The notes beneath the pieces are model-generated. The model was given only the letters and a program-made list of their open reading frames with translations. It was not told where the DNA came from and made no database searches. From a virus, in the IMG/VR virus record IMGVR_UViG_3300045988_097954, positions 1,532-65,531 of that record: a DNA stretch of 64,000 nucleotides. One strand, given 5' to 3'. This document shows positions 27,966-37,295 of the stretch, piece by piece (the first letter of the stretch is position 1; the number at the start of each line of letters is the position of its first letter). Made by a program: the position numbers and the translations under genes.

Positions 27966-30722
27966 TTAAGGGGTATTTTGTTTTAGTTCTAATGGTTTAA
28001 CCTTGCGAATTGTGTCACCATATACTTGGATATAATACCCTTTGCCACACTCAAGTTCGACCAAATAATTAGACCACATGACATATCTATTGCCGTTATG
28101 GTCTAAGATATTCGCCATGGGTTTGCCTGCTTTGGTTGTTCGTCTCTCGAATTTGCTACAGATGATTGCCTTGACGTCACGACCATTTGCTAGATTTGTG
28201 TTATATCCCTTTAGAGGGTCTTCAAATGAACACCCAAGGTATTTATATCTAAGAGTACTCACAGACACCTTACAGGTTAAATTTGGCGATTCTATGAGCA
28301 TTATAGAGTTATATTTATCAGTCCATTCTTGTATCTTGTTTTCAATAGATACCTTTTTCTTTTTCATTGACTGTTGTTGCTTGAGTGTTACATTATCAAA
28401 CTCTTGAGACATTAATTTCTCATGTTCTAACAATTTGGCTTTCCACTCGTCAATTTTCGCCAATGCGTTCTTTCTGTCTCCATCATAGGATTTATACTCA
28501 GGGATTAGTGCCATTAATTCATTGGTATCGCCCAAGAAATCCAATGCACCACTACCGACTAGACCTTCAAGTTGAAGCTTTGTGTATTTACTAAAGATAG
28601 CATCAATGGTATATTCATGTGGTTTTTCAATCTTGTTGATACCACGGATATATGAAAGTCCAACTCGGATGGAATTCCCCTGTACTGTCCATTCACGTTT
28701 ACTGTACCTTAGGTCAGGTGGTAAAATCTCGATACCCTTGCGTTTAATCTCTTGAATGTACGGTAGTATTTTCTCTTGATTGCCGTCTTCGGAATTAATG
28801 GTTGCTACATAGAATTCCAACGGATAGTGAGCCTTTAGGTATGCAGTTATGTATGCCATATATCCGTATGATTGACTGTGAGAGTTACATACGACCAAGC
28901 CATTGTTCACAACAAATGTATGGTTCGGATGTGCCATTTCTACGTCATAAACATCTTCAACACCGACATACGTAATAGACTTGATTTTATCAGCATTCAA
29001 CAAATAACCGTGGTCGCCTTTTTTAGCACGCCCATGTTTATAATGTTCTTTTTTATGACAAGACACACAAAGCCATTGGAAGTTGTCTAAATCGTTATTC
29101 TTGCGATTAAAGTCTTTATGATGCATTTCAAATCGAGTAGACCCATATTCGCATCCGCACAATTCACAAGGTCTTTGTTCTTGTTTTGCATTTTCGATAG
29201 ACTGCTCAAAGTTCCGATATGGACTGTAGTCTTTTCGTTGAAAACCTTGTTGACCTTTTGTTGGTAAATTATCAGAACGCTTCAAACCAGTTAAATTATA
29301 TGTATCTTTGACGACTGCTCTTTCACCTTTGGTATATAATAAATCACCGACTTGCAATTCACTCAATAGCTTGATACCATCTGGTGTAGGAAATTTATGT
29401 TTCATAGTTGATTTTACAAAAGAACCGTTTTCTGTTTCAACTAAGTAAACATCGTTTTTACCCTTATAGTAGATGTCAACAATATCATTTATTTTAATTC
29501 TATCGTCAACCATACTGAGAGATTTACCATAGCCATTTCTACGGTACTTACCCCTCAATGCTGTGTGACCGTTCTTTTTCGCCCAATCATTATCATGCAT
29601 TGTTTTATACATTTCTGCGACCGTCAATGGTTTATGACGACCCTTGTCTCTATACAGCACAGTATCACCAGAAATACAATGGTTAAACGAATAAGAGCCT
29701 GCTGCAACAATCATATCTAAAATCTGTTGTGCAACCTCTGGGTCTGTACCTGTGGATTTTGCACGTTCGATGAATTCACCTGTAATCTGTTGCATTAAAT
29801 CATGGTCTTTTTTGCCGATGGCTCTACGAACGGTGTCTGCTTCTGCCATACTGTAGCCACCAATTACTTGTACAACTTTCATAATGTCTTCTTGATATAG
29901 CATGATACCGTATGTTTCAGACAAGACATCTTTGAGTCGTGTGTCTAAATATTCAAACGGCTTGCCATTTCTTCGGTCAATAAACTCTTGTAATGTACCA
30001 CCAAGAATACATGCTGGTCTATATAACGCAACAACAGAAATTAAGTCAACAAAAGACCTTGGTGCAATATCTTTTAGAACTTGAGTCATGCCATATGATT
30101 TCATTTGGAATACACCAAGCGTATCGCCTTTACGTAATAACTCAAGTGTTTTCTCGTCATTCCACGGCAAATTAATTAAATCTAGGGTGTCCTTAACGCC
30201 TGCGATAGTTACACAATCGTCAATAACATCCAGTGTTCTTAACCCAAGAATATCCTCTTTTAGAAATCCCATGGACTCCAAATGTTTAAAATTTGTAGAT
30301 GCCACATATGTTTCTTCCTTTGTTTTAGAATCTTTTTGCATTTCTAAAGAGCAGTACTTTGTAATATCTTGATTTGATACAATAACTGCCGATGCATGCT
30401 TACCAAAGCCAGTCATAATACCGACCAACTGTTTTGCTAAAGAGAATAGCTCTGGATATTTATGGTCGTTCACATGTTCTAGTTTTGCATGTTCTAGTTC
30501 ATCATCGTAGAAATCTTTATCATCATCGAATGACACCTTTTTAATTTTCTTTGAGTACGCATCTGCAATATCTTTATCAACCCCAAGACATCGTGCGGCT
30601 TCCTTGAGTGCACCTGCTGCTTTCATGTATGAGAATGTACGACATTGGTATACATATTTGTATTTTTCTTTTAAATATTCAATGACTTCCGCACGTCTTA
30701 CTTGGGAACAATCGTTGTCAAT
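27966..30722 (-). CDS. dnaE: DNA polymerase III alpha subunit (DnaE-type), exon 2, includes the intein
   Basis: The reading frame continues upstream of the track ATG (30626) to 30722. It reads IDNDCSQVRRAEVIEYLKEKY.., completing the PDxDxDF-type catalytic motif begun in exon 1. The finger motif FNxSH is split by the intein. Confidence 0.85.
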   Translation of the reverse strand: MDNDCSQVRRAEVIEYLKEKYKYVYQCRTFSYMKAAGALKEAARCLGVDKDIADAYSKKIKKVSFDDDKDFYDDELEHAKLEHVNDHKYPELFSLAKQLVGIMTGFGKHASAVIVSNQDITKYCSLEMQKDSKTKEETYVASTNFKHLESMGFLKEDILGLRTLDVIDDCVTIAGVKDTLDLINLPWNDEKTLELLRKGDTLGVFQMKSYGMTQVLKDIAPRSFVDLISVVALYRPACILGGTLQEFIDRRNGKPFEYLDTRLKDVLSETYGIMLYQEDIMKVVQVIGGYSMAEADTVRRAIGKKDHDLMQQITGEFIERAKSTGTDPEVAQQILDMIVAAGSYSFNHCISGDTVLYRDKGRHKPLTVAEMYKTMHDNDWAKKNGHTALRGKYRRNGYGKSLSMVDDRIKINDIVDIYYKGKNDVYLVETENGSFVKSTMKHKFPTPDGIKLLSELQVGDLLYTKGERAVVKDTYNLTGLKRSDNLPTKGQQGFQRKDYSPYRNFEQSIENAKQEQRPCELCGCEYGSTRFEMHHKDFNRKNNDLDNFQWLCVSCHKKEHYKHGRAKKGDHGYLLNADKIKSITYVGVEDVYDVEMAHPNHTFVVNNGLVVCNSHSQSYGYMAYITAYLKAHYPLEFYVATINSEDGNQEKILPYIQEIKRKGIEILPPDLRYSKREWTVQGNSIRVGLSYIRGINKIEKPHEYTIDAIFSKYTKLQLEGLVGSGALDFLGDTNELMALIPEYKSYDGDRKNALAKIDEWKAKLLEHEKLMSQEFDNVTLKQQQSMKKKKVSIENKIQEWTDKYNSIMLIESPNLTCKVSVSTLRYKYLGCSFEDPLKGYNTNLANGRDVKAIICSKFERRTTKAGKPMANILDHNGNRYVMWSNYLVELECGKGYYIQVYGDTIRKVKPLELKQNTP
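28884..29678 (-). mobile_element. intein with nested HNH endonuclease domain in DnaE
   Basis: 265 aa. Begins CISGDTVL right after FNH, has TxxH (STMKH), and ends VYDVEMAHPNHTFVVNNGLVVCN followed by SHSQSY. HNH motif CELCGC..HHKD..N..NFQWLCVSCHKKEH lies in the middle. Confidence 0.8.
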
Positions 30723-31571
30723 CCTGTTTACCCTCTGTTTCCAGATATTTATTAGGGGAGTAGACTATCTCATCATCTTGTTAAAAACAAGAGCCTTGCA
30801 CTTCCATTGGGGCAATATCCAATGTACTTCACTACTGTGAATAGTCGTTACACTTTATATGAAAACAACCAACTTTACGATACTTATGCATAGAACTTAG
30901 TGAGCCACCATAAACTTTATGGAAATATCTTGACGCTTCAAGACACGACTGAAAACTTTTTATTGGTGTATCACCGTTATATAATGTACACTCTCTAAAA
31001 TTACGGACAGGCGACATTGTTTGGTAAGATTTATATAAATTTTCCTTTCTTGTTACCCATCTTAAATTAGAGACATGATTATTTTTAATATTATTATCTA
31101 TGTGGTCTACTTCTGGCAAGTTATTCGGATTAGGAATAAAAGCCATTGCGACCAATCGGTGAACAGAAAATTGTTTAGTTATATTATTCTTGTTTAGCCG
31201 AACGTACATATATTTACTTCTGGTTGTAGGTGCTTGAGAAATAAAACGTTTAGAATAATTGCTATAAACACGACCATCTTCATATACGATATAATTCTCA
31301 TACCCCTTAATTGGTTTTGATTTCATTATTACCTCTTTTTAGAGGTTGTTTTCATACCTTAGCACGGTATTATCTGCTATCTCGTGTATTATATACACTA
31401 GACCGTAGACTCTCTTACGAAGCGTATTCGCCTATGGATAAAGACTATAATTGTCATATAGCCAGTCTTATTTAACTTCTACCGTTAGCCGTCTATTGAC
31501 GACACCGCTTTTGCCATAGCGTTCACAAGGTTCTCAGCTATGTGTCACCACACGCTCGGACATTAAAATCT
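30723..31571 (-). mobile_element. group I intron interrupting dnaE
   Basis: Exon 1 stops 2 codons after ..NRVSPAD. Exon 2 resumes in frame as IDND.. The 5' exon ends in U, and CGGAU pairs with intron GUCCG (31557-31561) to form a P1 helix with a U.G wobble. The intron ends in G and carries a free-standing HNH ORF. Confidence 0.75.
30832..31326 (-). CDS. intron-encoded HNH homing endonuclease
   Basis: YENYIVYEDGRVYS N-terminus and VDHIDNNIKNNHVSNLRWVTRKEN (HNH_3-type); RBS AAAGAGG. Confidence 0.85.
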   Translation of the reverse strand: MKSKPIKGYENYIVYEDGRVYSNYSKRFISQAPTTRSKYMYVRLNKNNITKQFSVHRLVAMAFIPNPNNLPEVDHIDNNIKNNHVSNLRWVTRKENLYKSYQTMSPVRNFRECTLYNGDTPIKSFQSCLEASRYFHKVYGGSLSSMHKYRKVGCFHIKCNDYSQ

Positions 31572-32768
31572 ATCCGCTGGAGATACACGATTTGGGTTCG
31601 CAAACCGTTCAAAATACAAGTTGTTTTTAATGGCATCTAAACCGACAATATCGAGTAAATATGCACACTCGCATCCACCAACCGACCCCCTGCCCACTTG
31701 AGACACTGGTATGCCACGCTTGCGACATGCATCGAGCAAGTCTTTGGTAATCAACAAGTAGTCCATATACCCAACTTGTTCCAAAATATCAATCTCGTGT
31801 AGCACGCGTTCGTCTACCTGTTTTTTGAATTCAGGCGTGACCTTGCCGATAATCTTTTGTTTATACCCATCACGCAACGCCTGTAAAAACACAGGTTTAA
31901 CATCCCCATCTTTAACAAACTTAGGGTATACGTCAAGATTGAAATCAATTTGTGTATTGCATTGGTCGAACACAACATTAGTATTCTTTACCATTGTTTC
32001 AACCATATCTACACCAAATTGTGGATACAGACGGTCAAACACTTGTGCTTCCGATTGGATAAAAAAGTCATTGCTTGCATAGTATTGGTCTTCGTCATCA
32101 TCTTTAGACCGACCACGGAACGCTTTGTGTAATTCATAGTCTTCTTCATACACATAATGAGAATCACAAGCGGCAATCAATGGAACATCATACTTGACAG
32201 ACATTTCTGCAACCATTGCATTAAAACGCTTTTGGTCTTCATGTTGATACGTGTGGATTTCAAAATACAAGTCGTCACCAAAGATATCTTTAAATTGTGG
32301 TATTAATGACTCACGATTATCACCTTTTAGCCATCCACCCATGCATGCAGACGTACAGATTAATCCCTCAGAGTACTGCTTGATTAAGTCTAAATCAATT
32401 CTTGACTTATAATAATAATGTTTATGTGCTTCTGTTGTCAACTTAAATAAGTTCTCAAGACCTGTTTGGTTTTTCGCAAGAAACAGTATGTGAGAATACG
32501 ATTTATCTTTAATTGACACATCATATGTATAATACAACTCTGAACCAAAGACCATCTTTAAGTCGGTCTGATGTTTCTGATTGTATTTCTGTAGATGTAC
32601 ATATGTATCAATCAAGCCTGAGCAACCATTGTGGTCTGTAAGTGCAAACCCTCGTTGTCCAAGTTCATGTACACGCTTTATGATGCCGTCTACAGAACTT
32701 ATGGCATCTTTCATACCATAGTTTGAGAATTGTGAATGTAGATGCAAATGAATAAAGTTATCTGCCAT
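31572..32768 (-). CDS. dnaE: DNA polymerase III alpha subunit (DnaE-type), exon 1 (PHP domain)
   Basis: HLHLHSQFS and TDHNG PHP motifs; ends ..FERFANPNRVSPAD at the splice site. Confidence 0.9.
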
Positions 32769-32805
32769 ATATAGTCCTCCTGTTGAAAAATTATTTTATT
32801 CACTA

Positions 32806-32839
32806 TTGACATTATACACCATATAACGTATAATTGCAA
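32806..32839. promoter_or_regulatory. overlapping divergent promoter pair (ssb rightward, dnaE leftward)
   Basis: Plus strand: TTGACA(32806)-17-TATAAT(32829). Minus strand: TTGCAA(32839-32834)-17-TATAAT(32816-32811) with TG upstream. The two are interleaved in one 34-bp quasi-palindrome. Confidence 0.65.
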
Positions 32840-32893
32840 GTGAAGACAATTGGTTCTTCAAAAGTATTTTTCCAACGGAAGGAACAAAAGAAT

Positions 32894-33511
32894 ATGGCAA
32901 AAGTAGTAGACAAAATCGTTGATGTAATGACACCAGTTGGTGAGTCTGTTTTCTGTAAAATCAATGGTATCGTTGATGATTACATGGGTCAAAACAAGTA
33001 CACCATTACAATGACTCTTGGTGAGAAAGAAGCTAAGGCATTACAAAAACAATTAGTCAAAATTTGGGAGCAATCTGAAACTTTCAAAAGTCGTAATGAA
33101 GACGAGAAAGAAACAGACCGTCCTAAGATTCCAATCACTAAAAGTAAAGAATATGGGTATCAACTCAAGGCATCTACCAAGACCGAATTCATTGACAAAA
33201 ACGGTAATACAAAACAAAATGTGGTGTCCTTGGTTGACGGTCATAAGAAACCTTTGGATGCGAAGACACAAATTTGGAAAGGCTCTAAGGTTGCACTATG
33301 GATTGGTGCAAAACCATATGAGACTCCAACGATGTACGGTGTGTCTTTAAAACTCAAGGGAATCCAAGTGATTGAACTTGTGAATGGTGGTTCTGGTGGT
33401 GCGTTCGGTGGTTCTGCATCTGATGATGTACAATCTTTTGGCACATCTTCTATGGCTGAAGCATTTGATACACCTGTGGAAGACACAGACTCAGACGCAA
33501 TCCCATTCTAA
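32894..33511 (+). CDS. ssb: single-stranded DNA-binding protein
   Basis: Gly-rich linker and acidic C-terminal tail ..DTDSDAIPF. ATG 32894 lies downstream of the promoter; the track start at 32834 is TTG inside the -10. Confidence 0.7.
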   Translation: MAKVVDKIVDVMTPVGESVFCKINGIVDDYMGQNKYTITMTLGEKEAKALQKQLVKIWEQSETFKSRNEDEKETDRPKIPITKSKEYGYQLKASTKTEFIDKNGNTKQNVVSLVDGHKKPLDAKTQIWKGSKVALWIGAKPYETPTMYGVSLKLKGIQVIELVNGGSGGAFGGSASDDVQSFGTSSMAEAFDTPVEDTDSDAIPF

Positions 33512-33555
33512 CACAAGATAATACCCTGGTCTACAATTGAATAAACCAAAATTCA

Positions 33556-33582
33556 ACCCAAGTCAAACGGCTTGGGTATTTT
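33556..33582 (+). terminator. rho-independent terminator
   Basis: ACCCAAG-TCAAACGG-CTTGGGT followed by ATTTT. Confidence 0.7.
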
Positions 33583-33664
33583 GGCGTTCAAACAATTGCG
33601 TTAAAAATTTTGTTGAAAAATTGTGATTTTAACTCTTGACAAATTTACTGAAATGTGATACCCT

Positions 33665-33840
33665 TTAAAACCTAAGTTTTAATACATAAGAATACCTATG
33701 AATGAATACCATAGATTTAATACTGAGGTCTTAAAACATTGGTTGTTCATACCAAGGTTTCTAAAACCACAGTTGATAAAACCATGGTTGTTAAAGCGTA
33801 TGTCTTAAAGCCTACGTTTTACTCTTTATGTTTTAAAACA
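33665..33840. repeat. iteron-like repeats (TTAAAAC / AAAACCAYRGTTG), candidate replication origin
   Basis: TTAAAACC 33665, TTAAAACATTGGTTG 33731, CTAAAACCACAGTTG 33761, ATAAAACCATGGTTG 33776, TTAAAGCG 33791, TTAAAGCC 33805, TTTAAAACA 33832. ORF-free region next to the replication genes. Confidence 0.5.
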
Positions 33841-33859
33841 GTAGTGGAATACTTGTTTG

Positions 33860-33901
33860 GTAACTTATGTATACTCACTACGTTCGTATAACATAAGTTA
33901 C
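33860..33901. repeat. 11-bp inverted repeat
   Basis: GTAACTTATGT ... ACATAAGTTAC with a 20-nt loop. Confidence 0.5.
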
Positions 33902-33930
33902 AACGAAAACCATGGAAATTGCTTCGCAAT

Positions 33931-33954
33931 AATCGGCAAGCCGATTGTTTTTTT
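33931..33954 (+). terminator. rho-independent terminator
   Basis: AATCGGC / GCCGATT stem followed by GTTTTTTT. Confidence 0.6.
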
Positions 33955-33981
33955 ATTCTTAGTCAGAACAGAAATTCTTCC

Positions 33982-34010
33982 TTGACTTGGGTAATCTTGT
34001 ATGATACAAT
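33982..34010 (+). promoter_or_regulatory. sigma-70 type promoter
   Basis: TTGACT-17-TACAAT. Confidence 0.65.
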
Positions 34011-34050
34011 AAGAGCATACTTAACGAGAATACATGAAAGGAAACCAACC

Positions 34051-34389
34051 ATGGCAATTGACTTTGAAAAACAAGAACCAAAGAAAAAAGCATGGACACT
34101 TACAATGATGTACTTTAAAAAGTGTACAGTTCATGGTGCATTTAAGAATAACAAACCTACATCAGAGTTCTTTAAGGTTCGCTCATTCTTTATGCAAATT
34201 GATGAGAACTCAATGTTAAAATTATACAAGTATATGAACGCTATGGAGCATGCAGATATGTCCTTGACTGAGTTATTTGTTCATGCCAATGAACTAAATG
34301 CAAAACAATTTGCCAAAGCAAATACAAATACAACAGTCAGAGAACGATTACCGTTTGACTTAAATGGGTGGCTTGATAAAAATGCGTAG
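34051..34389 (+). CDS. hypothetical protein (replication module)
   Basis: ATG 34051 follows GAAAGGAAA and the promoter. The upstream part of track ORF 33919 overlaps the terminator and promoter. Confidence 0.55.
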   Translation: MAIDFEKQEPKKKAWTLTMMYFKKCTVHGAFKNNKPTSEFFKVRSFFMQIDENSMLKLYKYMNAMEHADMSLTELFVHANELNAKQFAKANTNTTVRERLPFDLNGWLDKNA

Positions 34390-34819
34390 AGTAACACAGC
34401 TTGGGTTCTTAGTTGTAAATAAACCAAAGCCAAAACCAAAAAGAGAAATTCAACAGATAAATCTAAATAATTTCTTGAAAAGACTCAAGGAACATCGTTT
34501 TGTCAATACTATTGATACGACATCATTAGAAGACATTCTTATTGCACTACCACATATCACTGGTGTATATGGAGAAACAACATATCAAACTGTTGGGTCT
34601 CTACTTAGAATGGAAATCAAACGAATTAATCGTGCGTTGTTGTCGATGCAATGGAATACTAAAGATATTGGATTTGGGTCATATAACCGTTCTAAGAACT
34701 CATGGATATTCTTGTTTGACTATCAAAGAAACCAAACATATGTGTTTGTTGATAAAACATCATCATTTGAAACCGAGCTATCCATATGGGAAAGCTCTGA
34801 CGTAAATTACTGGGGGTAA
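34364..34819 (+). CDS. hypothetical protein (replication module)
   Basis: 151-aa ORF; start uncertain (34364 or 34382). Confidence 0.5.
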   Translation: MGGLIKMRRVTQLGFLVVNKPKPKPKREIQQINLNNFLKRLKEHRFVNTIDTTSLEDILIALPHITGVYGETTYQTVGSLLRMEIKRINRALLSMQWNTKDIGFGSYNRSKNSWIFLFDYQRNQTYVFVDKTSSFETELSIWESSDVNYWG

Positions 34820-34820
34820 T

Positions 34821-35450
34821 ATGGACGTTTTAATTGAAATGCATTTACGAAAGTTTATTCAAGTACGAGCAGAAATCTTGCGTTTACTGGATAAAATAAA
34901 AGAATATGGTTTTTACCAAGTAGCACCAGCAGAAAAGAATCTATTGGTTTTTTGGGATAAAAACAATCGCTTGTATTGCGAAGACCAATATCCATATAAG
35001 TTTGCTTTTGTTACAGACGACTGTATTGCAGACTTGACAGATATTAAAACATTTGTTGACTCCATTAGAACCCATATGATTCAATGGGGTATCAAGAACA
35101 CAACTATTGTTGATGACATCAATAAAACATATGATTCGCTAATGGGAATCATGTCAAATGTTGAAAACTCTTATAGTCCAACTGATATGTATTATCTGCA
35201 AAATAGAAACTCGGTATGGCGAAAGAATATTACATCTGAAAGTCATTTTGTAACTCATGTCGATGAAATACCTGAGTATTTACCAATTACGGTATATGGG
35301 TATGACAACGAGTTTGTAGACTTGAGAACGGCTGTCAATCAGATGTATTTGCTGAAATGTTGTTTTGACCCATCTATTGACTATCAGCTTAATGACAAAT
35401 ATAAACAGGAGGACTTATTAAATGAACACAATAGCGACACTACGGTATAA
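34821..35450 (+). CDS. hypothetical protein (replication module)
   Basis: RBS GGGGG; 209 aa. Confidence 0.55.
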   Translation: MDVLIEMHLRKFIQVRAEILRLLDKIKEYGFYQVAPAEKNLLVFWDKNNRLYCEDQYPYKFAFVTDDCIADLTDIKTFVDSIRTHMIQWGIKNTTIVDDINKTYDSLMGIMSNVENSYSPTDMYYLQNRNSVWRKNITSESHFVTHVDEIPEYLPITVYGYDNEFVDLRTAVNQMYLLKCCFDPSIDYQLNDKYKQEDLLNEHNSDTTV

Positions 35451-36327
35451 AATTGACTTACAAGAATTAGTCGAAGAATACACAGAGCTGTCTCGCAACG
35501 GCGGAGCAGTACCACGTGGTACATGTCCAATTTGTCACGGAGATAATCCAACCGAGTTTTGTATTCTACAAGACAGATACTATTGTCATCGCTGTGGTGC
35601 ATCTGGTGATGCCATCAATTTTTATGCCGAAGTGGAAGGTCTACCGTTCTATCAAGCGGTTGAAGCCTTAGCTGAAAAATATGAGGTGTCTACAGATGAC
35701 CCAACGTATCAAAAACAAAAGAGTATCGTTGGACAAAACACAAAGACAGCACTCAAGTATCATAAAGCGGTTGATGCCGTTCGTGAGTATATGAATGTTA
35801 AACGTGGTATTAATGATGAAACCTTAGAAGAATTCATGATTGGCTATGACAAGGGTGGATTTCTAAACGTAAAGTCCTCTGGTATTGTCATTCCGATTCA
35901 AGATGCTTATGGTCGTATCGTTGGTTTTTCCAAGAGACGACTCGAAGAAACCAATGAACCAAAATATAAGAATACACGAGAAGATGATGTATTTATCAAA
36001 CGACAACTGCTGTTTAATTATCACAGAGCCATCAAGATGTTAAAGCCAAATGGTGTGTTACATGTTGCCGAGGGTTATCTTGATGTAATGTCTGCACATC
36101 AGCAAGGGATTCCATGTGTTGGATACTTGGGTGGACGACTCACGAAAGACCAAATTGTATTACTGTGGGAATTACAAAAGCGATACAATGGTGATATTAC
36201 CTTTGCATTGGCTGTGGATAATCCAGAGTGTGATGCCACAGGTCGTAAAGCATTGTTAAAGACACGAGAGGACATTAATAAGTATGCCCCAGAGTTGAAT
36301 GTTCGTGTTGTAATTTACCCAAAATAA
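35422..36327 (+). CDS. dnaG: DNA primase (DnaG-like: CHC2 zinc finger plus Toprim)
   Basis: CPICHGDNPTEF..CHRCGASGDAINF zinc finger; EGYLDVMS and a later acidic Toprim-like motif. Confidence 0.8.
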   Translation: MNTIATLRYKIDLQELVEEYTELSRNGGAVPRGTCPICHGDNPTEFCILQDRYYCHRCGASGDAINFYAEVEGLPFYQAVEALAEKYEVSTDDPTYQKQKSIVGQNTKTALKYHKAVDAVREYMNVKRGINDETLEEFMIGYDKGGFLNVKSSGIVIPIQDAYGRIVGFSKRRLEETNEPKYKNTREDDVFIKRQLLFNYHRAIKMLKPNGVLHVAEGYLDVMSAHQQGIPCVGYLGGRLTKDQIVLLWELQKRYNGDITFALAVDNPECDATGRKALLKTREDINKYAPELNVRVVIYPK

Positions 36328-36331
36328 ATAC

Positions 36332-36360
36332 TTGACACTCCTATAGTATTGTGCTATAGT
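36332..36360 (+). promoter_or_regulatory. sigma-70 type promoter
   Basis: TTGACA-17-TATAGT. Confidence 0.65.
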
Positions 36361-36401
36361 ATAACCATAGAACAACGTATTTGATTAAACAGGAGGATTT
36401 T

Positions 36402-36518
36402 ATGAAAGTAGTATCTTACAGACATCTATTTGGAGACAATCAATGGGAGTCAGAAAACTTAGACAAATATGCTGTTGTAAAAGATGGCGTTAAATATGCA
36501 CCGTTAAAAAATTGTTAA
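36402..36518 (+). CDS. small hypothetical protein (38 aa)
   Basis: ATG 6 nt after AGGAGG; below the ORF-track size cutoff. Confidence 0.45.
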   Translation: MKVVSYRHLFGDNQWESENLDKYAVVKDGVKYAPLKNC

Positions 36519-36569
36519 AAAGACAAACCTTATTTATGAAGAGTATGCTGTAAAGGAGATTAAAGTCTA

Positions 36570-37295
36570 ATGAACATACTGATTGCATGTGAAGAATCCC
36601 AAACAGTTTGCTTATCCTTTAGAAAACTTGGGTTTAACGCCTATAGTTGCGACCTAGTGGAATGCTCTGGTGGTTATCCACGTTGGCATATCCAAGGCGA
36701 TGCACTAGAAGTCATCAGAAATAACGGTGGTACAACTCAAGATGGTAAACGTGTGATAGTCGATAAATGGGATTTAATGATTGCCCATCCACCGTGTACA
36801 TATTTGACATCTAGTGGTGCAAAATGGTTTTATCATCCAGATGACAAAGGTTTACCAATTGAAGACCGAAGACCACATCCAAAGTTTCCCAATCGCAAGA
36901 AAGACCAAGATGCTGGTGCTGAATTTTTCATGGCATTATACAATTCCGACATTCCATATATTGCAGTAGAAAACCCTGTTGGTGTCATGTCAACACGTTT
37001 TCGCAAGCCAGACCAAATTGTTCAACCGTTTATGTTTGGCGACCAAGCACGCAAAACAACTTGTTTATGGCTCAAGGGTTTGCCACTATTAGAGCCAACT
37101 AATGTTGTAGACGAGGGCGAGACTTTGACGTTTAAAAGCGGCAAGCGTATGCAAAAGTGGATTTCTGATGCATTAACAAATACCAAGACTGCCGAAGAAC
37201 GCAGACGATTACGTTCTAAGACATTCGAAGGTATGGCACAAGCAATGGCATCTCAATGGGGTGCATTTGTATTATCGCAGGAGGAAAACAAATGA
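36570..37295 (+). CDS. DNA (cytosine-5) methyltransferase-like protein
   Basis: ILIACEESQ N-terminus, catalytic-type PPCTYLTSSG and ENPVG motifs in C5-MTase order. Small (241 aa) with no obvious target-recognition domain. Confidence 0.5.
   Translation: MNILIACEESQTVCLSFRKLGFNAYSCDLVECSGGYPRWHIQGDALEVIRNNGGTTQDGKRVIVDKWDLMIAHPPCTYLTSSGAKWFYHPDDKGLPIEDRRPHPKFPNRKKDQDAGAEFFMALYNSDIPYIAVENPVGVMSTRFRKPDQIVQPFMFGDQARKTTCLWLKGLPLLEPTNVVDEGETLTFKSGKRMQKWISDALTNTKTAEERRRLRSKTFEGMAQAMASQWGAFVLSQEENK

Noticed and set aside
33919-34050. N-terminal extension of track ORF 33919-34389
   Set aside because: The extension covers a terminator (33931-33954) and a consensus promoter (33982-34010). The RBS-supported ATG is at 34051.
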